From: Camelus ferus
Taxonomy: Eukaryota
Reading direction: 5' to 3'
Length of the DNA stretch: 64,000 bases
NCBI RefSeq assembly: GCF_009834535.1
Contig: NC_045696.1
Coordinates: forward strand, 102,054,001 to 102,118,000
This document shows, piece by piece, positions 38,983-51,350 of this stretch. Position numbers and translations under genes: made by a program. Below the pieces are notes generated by a model, which had not been told where the DNA came from, searched no databases, and saw only the letters and a program-made list of their open reading frames with translations. Position 1 is the first letter of the stretch. Each line of letters begins with the position of its first letter.

Positions 38983-41712
38983 TTTTTTTTTAGTTAAAGT
39001 ATAGTTGATGTGCAATAGTATATTAGTTTCAGGTGTACAACATAGTGATTCAATATTTTTATAGATTATACTCTATATAAAGTTATTACAAAATAATGCC
39101 TATATTTCCCTGTGTACAGTATGTCCTTGTTTCTTTATATATATATACACATATATATAAATATATATATACATATATATATATAAATATATATAATATA
39201 TTAGTTTGTATCTCTTAATCCCATGCTCTATCTTGCCCCTGCACTGGTAACCACTAGTTTGTTTTCTATGTCCTTGAGTTTGTTTCCATTTTGTTATATA
39301 CATTTATTTGTTTTATTTTTTAGGTTCCATATATAAGTGATAATAGAATATTTGTCTTTCTCTGTCTGATTTATTTAACTAAGCATGATACCATCTAGGT
39401 CTGCCAACAATGTTGTAAATGGCAGCATTTCATTCTTTTTATGGCTGAGTAATATTCCATTGTATTTATTTACTATTGTTGATGGGTACTTGGGTTGTTT
39501 CCATTTCTTGGCTATTGTAAATAGTGCTGCTATGAACATTGGGGTACATATATCTTTTTTTTTCTTTTTCAGTTTTATTAGGTAGAATTATTACAGTTGG
39601 ATTGCACATATACATTATATTTCATGCAAATACATATATACAATATACTGTACATTTTTTTTAGTTTACATATATGTACTGATAATTGTTTCTAAAACAG
39701 ATTAGAGCTTTAGCTTTTTTAACTTGCATAATTATCAAAGGAATAAAGCCAACACAAAATAAGAATCAACAGAATGTGGTAATCCAATCATAAAGGCCAG
39801 TCAAATGTGCTTACACATATTCAAGAAATCAATCATCTAAGATATAAATAATAAGTTCATTTGTGTCCTTAATTTTTTGTTTTTTGTTTTTTAGGTTCCA
39901 CATATAAGTGATACCATATGGCATTTTTCTTTCTCTTTCTGGCCCACTTCACTTAGAATGACAATATTCAGGTCCATCCATGTTGCTGCAAATGGCATTA
40001 TTTTATTCTCTTTTATGGCTGAGTAGTGTTCCATTGTATATAGGGGTACATATATCTTTTCAAATTAGTGTTTTTATTTTCTTTGGATATATACCCATCA
40101 ATGGAATTGCTAGATCATACAATATTTCTATTTTTAGTTTTTTGAGGAATCTCCATACTATTTTCTGTAGTGACTGCAATAATTTACAGTCCCATCAACA
40201 ATATATTGGGGTTCTCTTTTCTCCACATCCTTTCTAACATTTGTTATTTGTAGACTTTTGAAGATAGCCATTTTGACAGGTGTGAGGTGATTATCTCATT
40301 GTGGTTTTGATTTTCATTTCTCTGATCATTAGCAATGTTGAGCGTTTTTTCATGTGCCTGTTAGACATCTGTATGTCTTCTTTGAAAAACGTCTATTCAG
40401 GTCTTCTGCCCACTTTTTAATCAGGTTGTTTGTTTTCTGATATTGAATTATATTAGCTGTGTATATATTTTGGATATTAACCCCTTAGCAGTCATATCAT
40501 TTGAAAATATTTTCTCCCATTTAGTAGGTTGTTTTTCCATTTTGTCAATGGTTACCTTTGCTGTGCAAAAGCTTTTAAGTTTAATTAGGCCCCATTGGTT
40601 TATTTTTCCTTTTATTTCTTTTGCCTTAGAAGACAGATACAAAAAATATTGCTATAATTTATGTCAAAGAGTGTTCTGCCTATGTTCTCTACTAGGAGTT
40701 TAATGGTTTCTGATCTTACATGAAGGTCTTTAATCCATTTTTTATCTATTTTTGTATATGGTGTGAGGAAATGTTCTAATCTCATTCTTTTAGATGCAGC
40801 TGTCTAGTTTTCTCAGCACCACTTATTGAAGAGACTGTCTTTTCTCCACTGTATATTTTTGCCTCCTTTGTCATAGATTAACTGACCAAATAAGTATGGA
40901 TTTATTTCTGGATCTATTCTGTTCCATTGATCAGTGTGTCTGTTTTTGTGCCAGTACTATTCTGTTTTGGTTACTGTAGCTTTGTAGTATATCTGAAGTC
41001 AGGGAGTGTGATACCTCCAGCTTTGTTCTTTCTCAAGATTGCTTTGGCAGTTTGGGAATCATATAAGTTTTGTGGTTCCATATAAATTTTAGAATTATTT
41101 GTTCTAGTTCTGTGAAAAGTGCCATGGGTATTTTGACAGAGATTTCATTACATCTGTAGATTGCTTCAGATAGAATGGACATTTTAATGATATTAATTCT
41201 TCCAATCCAGAAATATGGGATATCTTTTCATTTCTTTGTTATCATTTTCAAATTCCTTCATCAGTGTTTTATAGTTTTCAGAGTATAGGTCTTTCACCTC
41301 TTTGATTAAGTTTATTCTTAGGTATTTTATTCTTTTTGATGTGATTTTAAATGAGATTGTTTTTTACTTTCCCTTTCTGATAGTTCATTATTAGTGTATA
41401 GAAAAGCAACAGATTGATCTATATTGATTTTGCATCTTGCAACTTTATTAAATTCATCTATTAGTGTAAAAGTTTTTTGGTGGAGACTTCAGAATTTTCT
41501 GTGTATGGCATCATTGCATCTGCAAATAGTGATAGTTTTACTTCTTCCCTTCCAATTTGGATGCCTTTTATTTCTTTTTCCTGTCTGATTGGCATGGCTA
41601 GGGCTTCCAATACTGTATTAAACAGAAGTAACAAGAGTAGGCATCCTTGTCTTGTTCCTGATTTTAGAAGAAAAGCTTTTCAGCTTTTCACCATTGAGTA
41701 TGATGTTATCTG
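38983..41712 (-). mobile_element. 5'-truncated L1 (~2.2 kb, ORF2 3' part and 3' UTR) carrying a nested insertion, itself inserted in an L2
   Basis: ORF 40448..40642 (-) [17 protein letters not shown]...WEKIF is L1 ORF2. Poly(T) at ~38981-38991. TSD gaacacactagtctt (38968-38982) / gaacacaccagtctt (41713-41727). L2 sequence continues at ~41730-42090. Confidence 0.93.
39559..40042 (-). mobile_element. Nested chimeric retro-insertion: ~190 bp of L1 fused to ~280 bp of non-L1 sequence and a poly(A) tail
   Basis: Perfect 18-bp TSD ggggtacatatatctttt at 39541-39558 and 40043-40060. Removing the insert restores the host L1 reading gctatgaacattggggtacatatatcttttcaaattagtg. Confidence 0.85.
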
Positions 41713-42338
41713 GAACACACCAGTCTTGTTGCTGCCTCGGGGCATTTGCATTTGTTGTTTCTCCCTCTTCATCTTCTTTGGGCCTTTACTCAAATGCCAC
41801 CTCAATGAGACCTTCCCTAACCATTCTATCAAAAATTTTACCTTATAATCCCCCTATACAGTCACCTGCAAATCACTTGGCTTCCCATCCCCTTTTCTTG
41901 ACTTACATTCTTGTACAGCACCAATCACTATTGATCTATGTATTTATTTTATTTCCCCTTATTTCTTTGTCTCCTGTGAAAGAGGAGCTTTTTTCCTGTT
42001 TTTTCCCTTTATTTTCACTCTTATATTTCTAGTATTTAGAATAGTAGGTTTTCAATAAATGCTTGTTAAATTAATGAATTAATAAATTTGTGGAAGAAAC
42101 TGCTAGAGCAAAATGTGAAGGGTGTCTCTTCTCAAATATGAAATGTGAAGTAGTTTAGTATCCCAGATCACCCTTGGAGATAAGGAGTCTCATGGCCCCA
42201 GGAGGGACAGTGACTCAAGATGAAGGTGGACCTCCTAGCACATAGCTGAACTTCCAGCACATAGCTGAGTGGCAATATTAGTTTCTGTCCTCCAAAAAAA
42301 GATATTCAACCAAAACAAAAACATGTATCTTTCTTTTT

Positions 42339-42425
42339 TTTTTATTGAGTTACAGTCATTTTACAGTCTGGTGTCAATTTCCAGTGTAGAGCACAATTTT
42401 TCAGTTATACATGAACATACATAAA
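42339..42425 (-). mobile_element. Extremely 5'-truncated L1 terminus (~85 bp)
   Basis: Minus strand tatgttcatgtataactgaaaaattgtgctctacactggaaattgacacc...actcaataaaaaa. TSD atgtatctttcttttt at 42323-42338 and 42429-42444. Confidence 0.85.
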
Positions 42426-42987
42426 AATATGTATCTTTCTTTTTGTTCAACCGTGCAGCCAATATTTCTTTCTCCCTACTCACCAGTGGTCAATGGCTTA
42501 ACACTTTCCAGAGAGCACCAAGCCATCGACTGTAGACTTGCAGAAGCAGTTCTATATAAAGTGTGGGGTTTTTTTCAGGTTGGAAGATGTCCAAAATAGG
42601 AGCTTCCTTTAGGAAAAGGAAGAACTCAACACAATACATTAAGTAGTAATCACCCATAAGACGCCAGAAACAGATCCTGATATTTATAGGACTGACATTT
42701 CTTCCAAGGTCTCCAGGAAGCCATTCATTCAAACACACGTGGGCTATGCATTTTCTCACTTTATCAATTTTCTTGTTTCCTATTTGGATTAAAATGCCTT
42801 AATTTTATATGATGCAGCTGCATAGAGACTCAAATACAGCTGCACTATTTTGAACTTCAGAAGTATTAGTCCAGTATTTAAAACTAGAAAATAATTCTTA
42901 CTTCATAGAGTTGTCCTATTTTCTCTCTAGAAAATTAATCCAGGTTGTCCTGATTTAGGTAACCTCAAATAGGGCTTACTCAAGCAT

Positions 42988-43410
42988 TGCTCTGTCCAGT
43001 TTGGTGGCTATAAGCCACATGTAGCTACTTGAAAGGTGACTAGTCAAAATTGACAGGCTGTAAGTATAAAATACACCATAGATTTCAAAGACTTAAAATG
43101 AAAAAAAGTAAAATACCCAGTTGATAATTCTATAAGCCACATGTAGCTACTTGAAAGGTGACTAGTCAAAATTGACAGGCTGTAAGTATAAAATACACCA
43201 TAGATTTCAAAGACTTAAAATGAAAAAAAGTAAAATACCCAGTTTATAATTTTACTGCTATAAAATTATAGCAGTAATTAAATATTTAGTTAAATAATAT
43301 ATGCCATTAGAATTACTTTTGCCCATTTCTTTTTACTTTTTTAATGTGGTCACTAGAAAATTTTAAATTACATATGTGGCTTACATTGTATTTTGATTGA
43401 ACAGCACTGC
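42988..43410 (-). mobile_element. MER33 hAT-Charlie DNA transposon with internal tandem duplication
   Basis: agccacatgtagctacttgaaaggtgactagtc...gtaagtataaaatacacc...gatttcaaagactta...tttttaatgtggtcactagaaaattttaaattacatatgtggcttacattgtattttgattgaacagcactg. Confidence 0.8.
43008..43251. repeat. Direct tandem duplication, 2 x 122 bp
   Basis: 43008-43129 and 43130-43251 are identical except g43123/t43245. Confidence 0.95.
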
Positions 43411-43449
43411 TATAGAGCAATATAGATATGGAACTGTGGCAAGCTGAAA

Positions 43450-43622
43450 AATATTATTGACATATATAACATAGAAATGTTTAAAATGTACAGGGTGATG
43501 ATTTGATACCTGTATGTATTGTGAAATGATTACCACAGTATGATTAGTTAACACCTCTATCCTCTCACATAATTACCTTGTGTGTGTGTGTGTAGTGATA
43601 ACATTCAAGATCTACTCTCCTA
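43450..43622 (-). mobile_element. Old L1MA9/10-like 3' end, split by a younger L1; resumes at ~44432-44640
   Basis: tgtattgtgaaatgattaccacag...tagttaacacctctatcctctcacataattacc...tgtgtgtagtgataacattcaagatctactct, continuing as aacaattttcaagtttatagtacagtatggttaactgta. Confidence 0.8.
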
Positions 43623-44431
43623 CAATGAGATACCTCATCTACAATGAGATATCACCTCACAACAGTGAGAATAGCCATCATTAAAAAGTCTACAAATAAT
43701 AAATCCTGGAGAAGATGTGGAGAAAAGGAACCCTCCTACACTGTTCATAGGAATGTAAATTGATACAGGCACTATGGAGAACAGTATGGATGTTCCTTTA
43801 AAAACTAAAAATAAAGATACCGTATGATCTAGCAATCTCACTTCTGGGCATATATCTGAGTGAAGCTATAGCTTGAAAAGATACATGCACCCCAATATTC
43901 ATAGCAGTACTATTTACAATAGCCAAGACATGGAAACAACCTAAATGGATGAATGAATAAAGAAGGTGCCCATATATATATAATGGAATATTACTCAACC
44001 ACAAAAAAAGAATGAAATAATGCCATTTGTAGCAATATGGATGGACCTAGAGACTATCATATTAAGTGAAGTAATCAGACAAAGACAAATATCATATGAT
44101 ATCTCTTATATGTGGAATCTAAAAAAGCATGACACAGTTGAACTTATTTACAAACCAGAAATAGACTCACAAAGAGAACAGACTATGGTTACCAAAGGGG
44201 AAGGAGGGGAAGGGATACATTAAGAGTTTGGGATTAACATATACACACTACTATATATAAAATAGATAAACCACAGTCCTACTGTATAACACAGAGAAGT
44301 ATATTAGATGTCTTTTAATAACCTATAATGGAAAATTATCTGAAAAAGGATAGGTATATGTATAATTGAATCACTTTGCTACACACCTGAAGCTAACATA
44401 ACATTGTAAATCAACTATACTTCAATTAAAA
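43623..44431 (+). mobile_element. 5'-truncated L1 (ORF2 end and 3' UTR) with TSD
   Basis: ORF 44020..44223 MPFVAIWMDLETIILSEV is the ORF2 C-terminus. Ends caactatacttcaattaaaaaa. TSD aagatctactctccta (43607-43622) / aagatctactcaccta (44432-44447). Confidence 0.92.
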
Positions 44432-46848
44432 AAGATCTACTCACCTAACAATTTTCAAGTTTATAGTACAGTATGGTTAACTGTATTCACCATATTCTAT
44501 CTTAGATGCCCAGAATTTCTTCATATTATAGCTGGACATTTGTACCCCATTTCCCCTATTTCCAGCCCCTGGCAGCCACCATTCTACTCTCTATCTCTAT
44601 GAGTTCAGATTTTTTGGATTCCACACAAAAATATGATCCTTAATAGAAATATCACAGTTTTAATTGAGTAGAAAAATTAAGCACAGATATAACACACTGC
44701 ACAAATTATAGCATTTGCTGAAAAACAGGCCATTTATTTTTATAAGATTGAACTAATGTGTCTGAAATGTTCTTTTTAAAGTCTCTTTTCCTTGTCTTAT
44801 TTTTCTGCTCCAATACATAATAACCCATAAACTAGTTCACACCCATGCTTCAGAAGTAAAACAAAGCGAAATGAGAGTAAATATCTGTATGATTTAAATG
44901 GCATGTATATGCCATTCAAAATCATAAATACAGCAACCTCTGACTTGAGAGAAGCAGATTAAATAAACTTCTGTCCAAATGTCTCAATTTTGTTCCTGTC
45001 CCTTAGTAAAACATAAATAACAAGTCCCCAAGCCTGATAATCTCAGAGTTGTTTTTTTAATGCCCATTACTGTTTTGTTTCTTATAGCATGTCAGAAATC
45101 CAAGAAACTTGACATTTATATTGTTAGCCCTGTTTCCAAGTAAGTTGATGCGTTTAATGTCCCTAAATTAGGTAGGCCTAATATCAGAAATAAATATTGT
45201 TCTAAAAGGAGTAAGTAGAGACTACCTGTGTTGCCAGTTGGGAAAAATCAGTCCATAACTCTTTTCATTAGGTTTAAAAATCCAGTTGATGTAAATTATT
45301 AGTTCGATTCTCCAATTAAACAAGTCAAAATATACATAATGCTTAATAATGCCATTTCTTGATCTTTATCATCATTAAATAATATTTAAAGACTAGAACT
45401 AAGAAAGCATCTACAGATGTCTCAAAATACAGAAGGTCTGCTAAGTTTTGCATAGTGCATGGTAAATATTTATTGAATAAATAGAGCAGTCATTGAATAT
45501 TGGTTAGGAACACTGTATATGGTGTGGGATAGGCCTGCATTTAAATCCCCATTCTGTCTGGCCCATTTGAGCCTCGGTTTCTCCAGCTATAAAATGATGA
45601 TAATAAGATTTATTTTAAAGGTTCTTTATAAGAGTTAAATGAGATAATATATTTAAGTTATTATTTTTATTTTTATGCTATATTAGGATAAGGCTGCTAT
45701 TTTCCCATCAGCAAGTGAAACGTGCACATTTTTGCTTGTTTTCCTGGTAACAGTAATGGATTTCCATAATTTTACAACTCGATTAGTGGAATGTTCACTT
45801 GACCAACTACATTTGCTCATGAGTTGGGAGTGTAATATGTATAATGTGGTAATTTTACTTTGGATAAAGCACAAATACACTTTTATATTTACATTTCACG
45901 GGTCAAAGATAGTAATATGTAAAACCAAATCCCAGACATTCCCATTTATCCTCATGTATTTTGGTATGCATCTCTATAATTATGAATATTATTCTTATTT
46001 AGCCATGAAGCCATTAACAAACCTGCAAAATTTTCTGTAATCCATTGATATCATCTAATACCCAGTCCATATTCTATTTCTCTGATTTTTGCCTTTTACT
46101 TTAATCAAAACTCAAGCAAGATTCCCACTGGACATTTAATTGTTAATATTTCTGCATTCTCTTTTAGTCCAGAGCAGTGTTCCCCTCTTCTAGTCCACAC
46201 TTTTTATGCTATTGACTTGTAGAGGAAATTGGTCAACTCTGTAGAATGTCCCACATTCTAGATTTGTCTGTTCACTTACCTGTGATGTCATTTTATTGTT
46301 TCTGTATTTCCATTGTGAAAGTTAGTTCAAAATCTTGATTAGATACAAGTTTGCCAGTTTTTGCAAAAATATTGCATAGGGGATGGTTTATAGTTCATGT
46401 TACACCATGTCAGAAGTTATACATTCTCTGGGTGTTGACTTTTAGTGATATTAAGTGTGATCAGTTAGGTTCAGGTGGTGATTCCTCCTTGTGAATTTCC
46501 CCATGAAACTTTCATGTAATGGTTTCATTCATTGATGCTTATTGTCTGGTCTTATTAGTTTCATTAAAATTGAAAAAATGTGATTTTTTTTTCTAATTTT
46601 ATCATTTCTTTCAAATTGTTTGCTAGAATTTATCATTTCTTTCAAATTATTTGCTAAAATTATTATTGCAGCCAAAAAAAGTCCTATATTATTACTTTGA
46701 ACCAATCATTTCATCTAAAAGGAAGGTGTAGATCTTATCTGGATCTTTGGCCAAATAAAGCAGCTGTAAACAAATTTCCATTTTAAACATGTGGCTTAAA
46801 ACGTAACCCCAATGCCATCATTACACATAAAATATTAACAATAATTTT

Positions 46849-47347
46849 TGTGGTAGGCAAAATAATGGTCGCCAAAGACATCCATATCCAGAACCTGGGA
46901 ACATTTTATCTTACTTTGCTTAAAGGGCTTTGTAGATGTGATTAAAGACCTTGCAGTGTGTATCACCCTGAATTATCTAGGTGGGCCCAGTCTTATCACA
47001 TGGGTCCCTAAAAGGTGGAGAAAATATTCCTGGCTGTGATCAGGGGAAGATATGACTATGGAATAAAGGCACAGAGAGACAAAAATTTTACTGGTTTTGA
47101 ATATGGAAGAAAGAGGGTATTAACCAAGGAGTGTGGATGGTCTCTCGAAGCTGAAAAGGACAAGGAAACTTGTCCAGTTCTCTCTTAGAGCCTCCAGGAG
47201 GGAATGGAGCTGTGCTGCACCTTGATTTTTATCCCATGAGACTGATGTCAGACTTCTGACCTCCAGAACTATAGATAGTCCATTTGTGTTGTTATAAGCC
47301 ACCAACTTGGTGAAAATTTGTTATAGCAACCATAGAAAACTAATATA
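46849..47347 (+). mobile_element. MLT1D-like MaLR solo LTR
   Basis: Starts tgtggtaggcaaaataatgg and ends ttgttatagcaaccatagaaaactaatata. 5-bp TSD atttt at 46844-46848 and 47348-47352. Inserted in old L1M 3' sequence. Confidence 0.88.
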
Positions 47348-48909
47348 ATTTTAAGTGTTATCAAATTTATAGCTAGATTTAAATTCCCCAAATTGTCTCA
47401 TAAAAATTTTTACAGCTGCTCTATTAGACCAAGGATTAAGACAATGTCTGCCATTGCTTTCAGATGATACAAGGAATAATTTTAAATAATACAATTGTAG
47501 GATATTTTTGCAGGAAGAGACTTTAGAAATTATTTAATCTAACATTCTTATTCTACAAAAGAGCAAACTAAGGTTTAGACGTGAATTACTTGACCCTAAG
47601 ATGGTCATGTCAAAACAACATTATAATCACTCTAACACACTCAGAAAGGTCTTCAGTGAGTTCTGGGAAAGCGATGACTTTAACTTGGTTTCCTTGGCTT
47701 TTATTACCCACTCCAATCTACCCAATTTTGCTATGCAACCAAGTGCTAGTGAAGCCATGAGCTCACAACAAGTGAAAAAACAAGTACTGAGCTTTCTCTA
47801 CCATGGGCGTCTAGATGCCAGCTTCACAGATGTTTTTAGCTAGAGACAGGAAAGCTATGAATACTCAGCAAAGGTCTGGATTGTAGAAATCTGTGGCTCT
47901 TGGTGATGGGAAAGGGGGAATAGGTTGACCTGCTTGACTATGCATGAGTGAACTTGATTACTGGATACGGGGGTGGCTTCCTTCAGGTGTCTGAGAGTAG
48001 CCCATCTGCTTCAACACCACTGGCCTACCTTCTGCCCCTTATAGGGCTACTATCTTGGAGGGTAGTCCAACAAACAGTCTTAAGCACCAATAACCTAAAA
48101 AAGAAAACACAACGTAACTATTCAGCAGCCTGAGAGAGGAAGATCAGTCAAAACAAACACACATACACAGAATAAATTCCTGAAGTAGTCAGAGGACAAT
48201 TTGAACAACATTCTTATAAGAAAACTCAGGAGGATCAAGGGCAGATAAAATTCCAAGTAAACAATAGAGTAAATAAATTAAAGAAGAGGATGATGCAGTC
48301 AAGACCTTCCCTCCAAATCAGATAATCTTCTGGTCCAAAATGTCAATAGTTCCAAGACTGAGAAACCTGTGTTAGCCAATTTCCCCAGTCACGGTTTAGA
48401 CCTTTAGGGAGAAACAATGTTGGTAATTGACCAGCCCTGGATTTGTACAGAAAGATAATAGCTAAGATTCTCGTCAACTTCTTACCCCAGGAGATCTTTT
48501 GCACTGCCCTGATATCACTCGCATGAATACCTGTCCTAGTGTCTAGCTAATGGTGTGTGTTTTGTGTGGCAAGGAGCTGAGCAGCAATTACTCCATGGAA
48601 TACAAGTGAGCCGAAAGGATGGAGCTTAAATTGTTTTTTCTAATTTGTCTGTTCACTGCTGTGTATAGCTGCCCTTTGCTGGAGTCAGCTGTACCCTTCC
48701 CACTTCCCTCACCTCCTTTCCACAAGCAGCAATTCAAAACAGGCTTCCTTCTTTCCAGGGATTTCTCATGGCTTTTGTTGGTATTATTCTTACTGTTTGT
48801 TAGCTTTAATTCCGTTTTCTTTGTATACTTTCTCTACTATTGATTTTGGGGAGGAAGTCAGTAGATTATGCTAGCTTACCCTCTTGATGATGGGGAAAAT
48901 GCTCTGATA

Positions 48910-50200
48910 GAAATGCCACTTTCCCCCCAAATAACTATAAAAATTTGATGTAATTCCCATGACAGCCTAACACTTTAAAAGTTGGAACTGGATAAAATTA
49001 TCTTAAAGTTTACAAAGTAGAAAAAAAAACATGAGGGGAAGTTTCTAATCAGGCATAAGAATATACTGCAAAACTATTATAATGAAATCAATATGGTATT
49101 GGCTGAGGAATAGGGAGACCAGTGGAAAAGAATAGAGAATCTAGAAACAAATTTCAGTATAAATGAGGGTTTGACAGGGGTGGTATTTCAATTCAGTGGG
49201 GAAGAGATGGTTATTTAATAAATGGTACTTGACAACTGGCTGGCTATCCATTTAGGAGGTGTTAAAATTGCACAGTTATCTAACCATTTACAAAAGTATA
49301 TCTAGAAGAATTAAAATGTAAATGAAAAAATAAAGTAAAATAACTCCTCTGCAATAAAATCTGTAAATTTATACTTGCAGATTATAGATAGGGAAATTCT
49401 TCTTAGCAAAGAATGGAAACCCAGAATCTACATTTGACTATATAAAATTGTTTTAAATGAGAAAAAATACCATAAACAAAGATAATAAAGAGATAATACA
49501 TTGGGAAAAAGCATTTAAACCTAGAAGACAGAGTATTATTTTCTCTAATATACAAAGAACACTTAAAAAAGACAATCTGGCAATAAATAACTGAAAAATG
49601 AAAAAAGACTATAAAAGGGAAATTCATAGAAGAGCAAATCCACTTAGACCACAAATGTGAAGTTATTCAAACTCACCAGAAATCATAGAAAGTAAAATGA
49701 AGTAACAGCGTATTATTTTACCCCTAGCAGTTTGGCAACAATTATAACACCAAGTAACAGTCATTGCTGGCAGGGAGGCAGGGAAAAGTGGACTCTTACC
49801 CATTTCTAGTGGAAATTTAAATCATTAACAGACTTTTGGAAAGCCATTTGGCCACAGTTTTAGAATTTAAAATAAATAACCCCTTCTCCCAGTGATCTGA
49901 CTCCTAAGAAGCTGTCTTACACAAGTAAAAAGACTGGTCCTTAGGGATATATGGACAGGGATGTTTACTGCAGCTTTTTGGTTTTTGTTTTTTCTATTTT
50001 ACTGAAGGGGGGAAAAAAAAGCAGCAAGTGAATCCTATCAATAAGGGAATTGTTGGATACAGTGTAGGACATCTATGCCATGTCAGGTAGCCATTAAAAA
50101 GGTAAATTAGTGCTCTTCCAGCTGACTTGAGAGTTTTCCAGGAGGCATTGCTGACTAAGTCAAGAAAAATGCAGAAAAGTATATATAATATATGATTCAA
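48910..50200 (+). mobile_element. Ancient, heavily decayed L1M ORF2-to-3' region
   Basis: atatggtattggctgaggaatagggagaccagtggaaaagaatagagaatctagaaacaa...tttgacaggggtggtatttcaattcagtgggg...aaattcatagaagagcaaatcc...ggatgtttactgcagc. Confidence 0.7.
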
Positions 50201-50960
50201 AAAATTTTAAAGCAACAGTCACGCCCATGAATTTGTATATAAATAACTAACCTCCATGCCTGTACTTGTATATACATATATATATGTATAAATCAGGACT
50301 CATGGGGTTAACCATAGAAACTGCTTTTTTTTTTCTCCTCCCACTGCTTCTTTAAAAGTATTCAGCAGTACTACTCCTCTCCCATCTTCTGGGTAAAATC
50401 TCTTGGCATTTAAGTTGCAATCAGAGACTCAATTCACAATGTGCATGTCCAATATCATGATATGTCAAGTTTTCAATTTAATTTAAGACTTTGCCCCACC
50501 TCTCCTAGCCCATTGAAGGCAGATACGGTTCGGGTTTCTTCCTCACATGCCTTATCTACCCTTTGCTAGATGTAGTTTCTGACTTCTACAAGATGGGGGC
50601 AGAAATGAAGTAAGAAAAATTTTTATTTGATTGAAAATAAGCCACCATTAGAGCAGCTGAACAGTCACATCCCATTAGATTTCTCAGGTGAGAGTCAACC
50701 AGCTTTCCACTGTGTTCCCAAACTCCAGGGGTCACATCTTAAGCTGTTTAATGGTCTAGGCAAAGTTCCTTTTCATAGCCTTGAGATGAAGTCAAATACC
50801 CCCATCCCTCCCCATATGGGAGTGTGAGATTCACCACTTACAAGTAGCAGACAAACTCCATTCACAAATCTTAACTGCTAGGCTAGAGTCTAGAGACACT
50901 TCGACATTCTTAATGTAGGTGAGAGGTTTAAGGGAGTCATGTAACTGATTTTTGAATAAG

Positions 50961-50980
50961 TTCTTTCTTTTCTTTTCTTT

Positions 50981-51053
<73 letters not shown>

Positions 51054-51234
51054 CTCTTCTTTCTTTCTGTCTTTCTTCTTTCTTTCTTCTTTTTTTCTTT
51101 CTTTCGTTCTTTCTCTTCTTTCTTTCTTTTTCTTCCTTCCTTCCTTCCTTCCTTCCTTCCTTCCTTCCTTCCTTCCTTCCTTCCTTCCTTCCTCCTTTCC
51201 TTCCTTCCTCCCTTCCTTCCTTCCTTCCTTCTTT
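50961..51234. repeat. Compound (TTTC)n/(TTCC)n microsatellite, ~270-bp polypyrimidine tract
   Basis: Directly visible and almost exclusively C/T on the + strand. It generates the spurious ORFs 50937..51332 and 50952..51254. Confidence 0.97.
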
Positions 51235-51350
51235 TGGTAGGGGGAGGTAGTTAGGTTTTTATTTAATGTATTTACTTTAATGGAGATACTAGGAATTGAA
51301 CCCAGGACTTTGTGCATGCTAAGCACTTTCACTGAGTTATACCCTCCCCC
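51235..51350 (-). mobile_element. tRNA-Ala(AGC)-derived SINE (camelid Vic-1-like)
   Basis: Minus strand gggggagggtataactcagtgaaagtgcttagcatgcacaaagtcctgggttcaattcctagtatctcca, followed by a non-tRNA tail (ttaaagtaaatacattaaataaaaacctaactacctcccc) that runs into the A-rich microsatellite. Confidence 0.88.

Noticed and set aside
42237..42268. Short direct repeat agcacatagctga x2 (similar micro-duplications near 59930 and 62455)
   Set aside because: Only two copies of 10-13 bp, which is ordinary slippage and not an array.
50937..51332. 131-aa K/E/R-rich ORF and the opposite-strand F/L/S-rich ORF
   Set aside because: They are translations of the TTTC/TTCC microsatellite and adjacent SINE, not proteins.
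51280..51350. tRNA-Ala(AGC)-like sequence as a real tRNA gene (also 24550-24630)
   Set aside because: The D-arm is degraded or partly deleted, and the SINE tail, A-rich end and TSD show these are retroposed copies.
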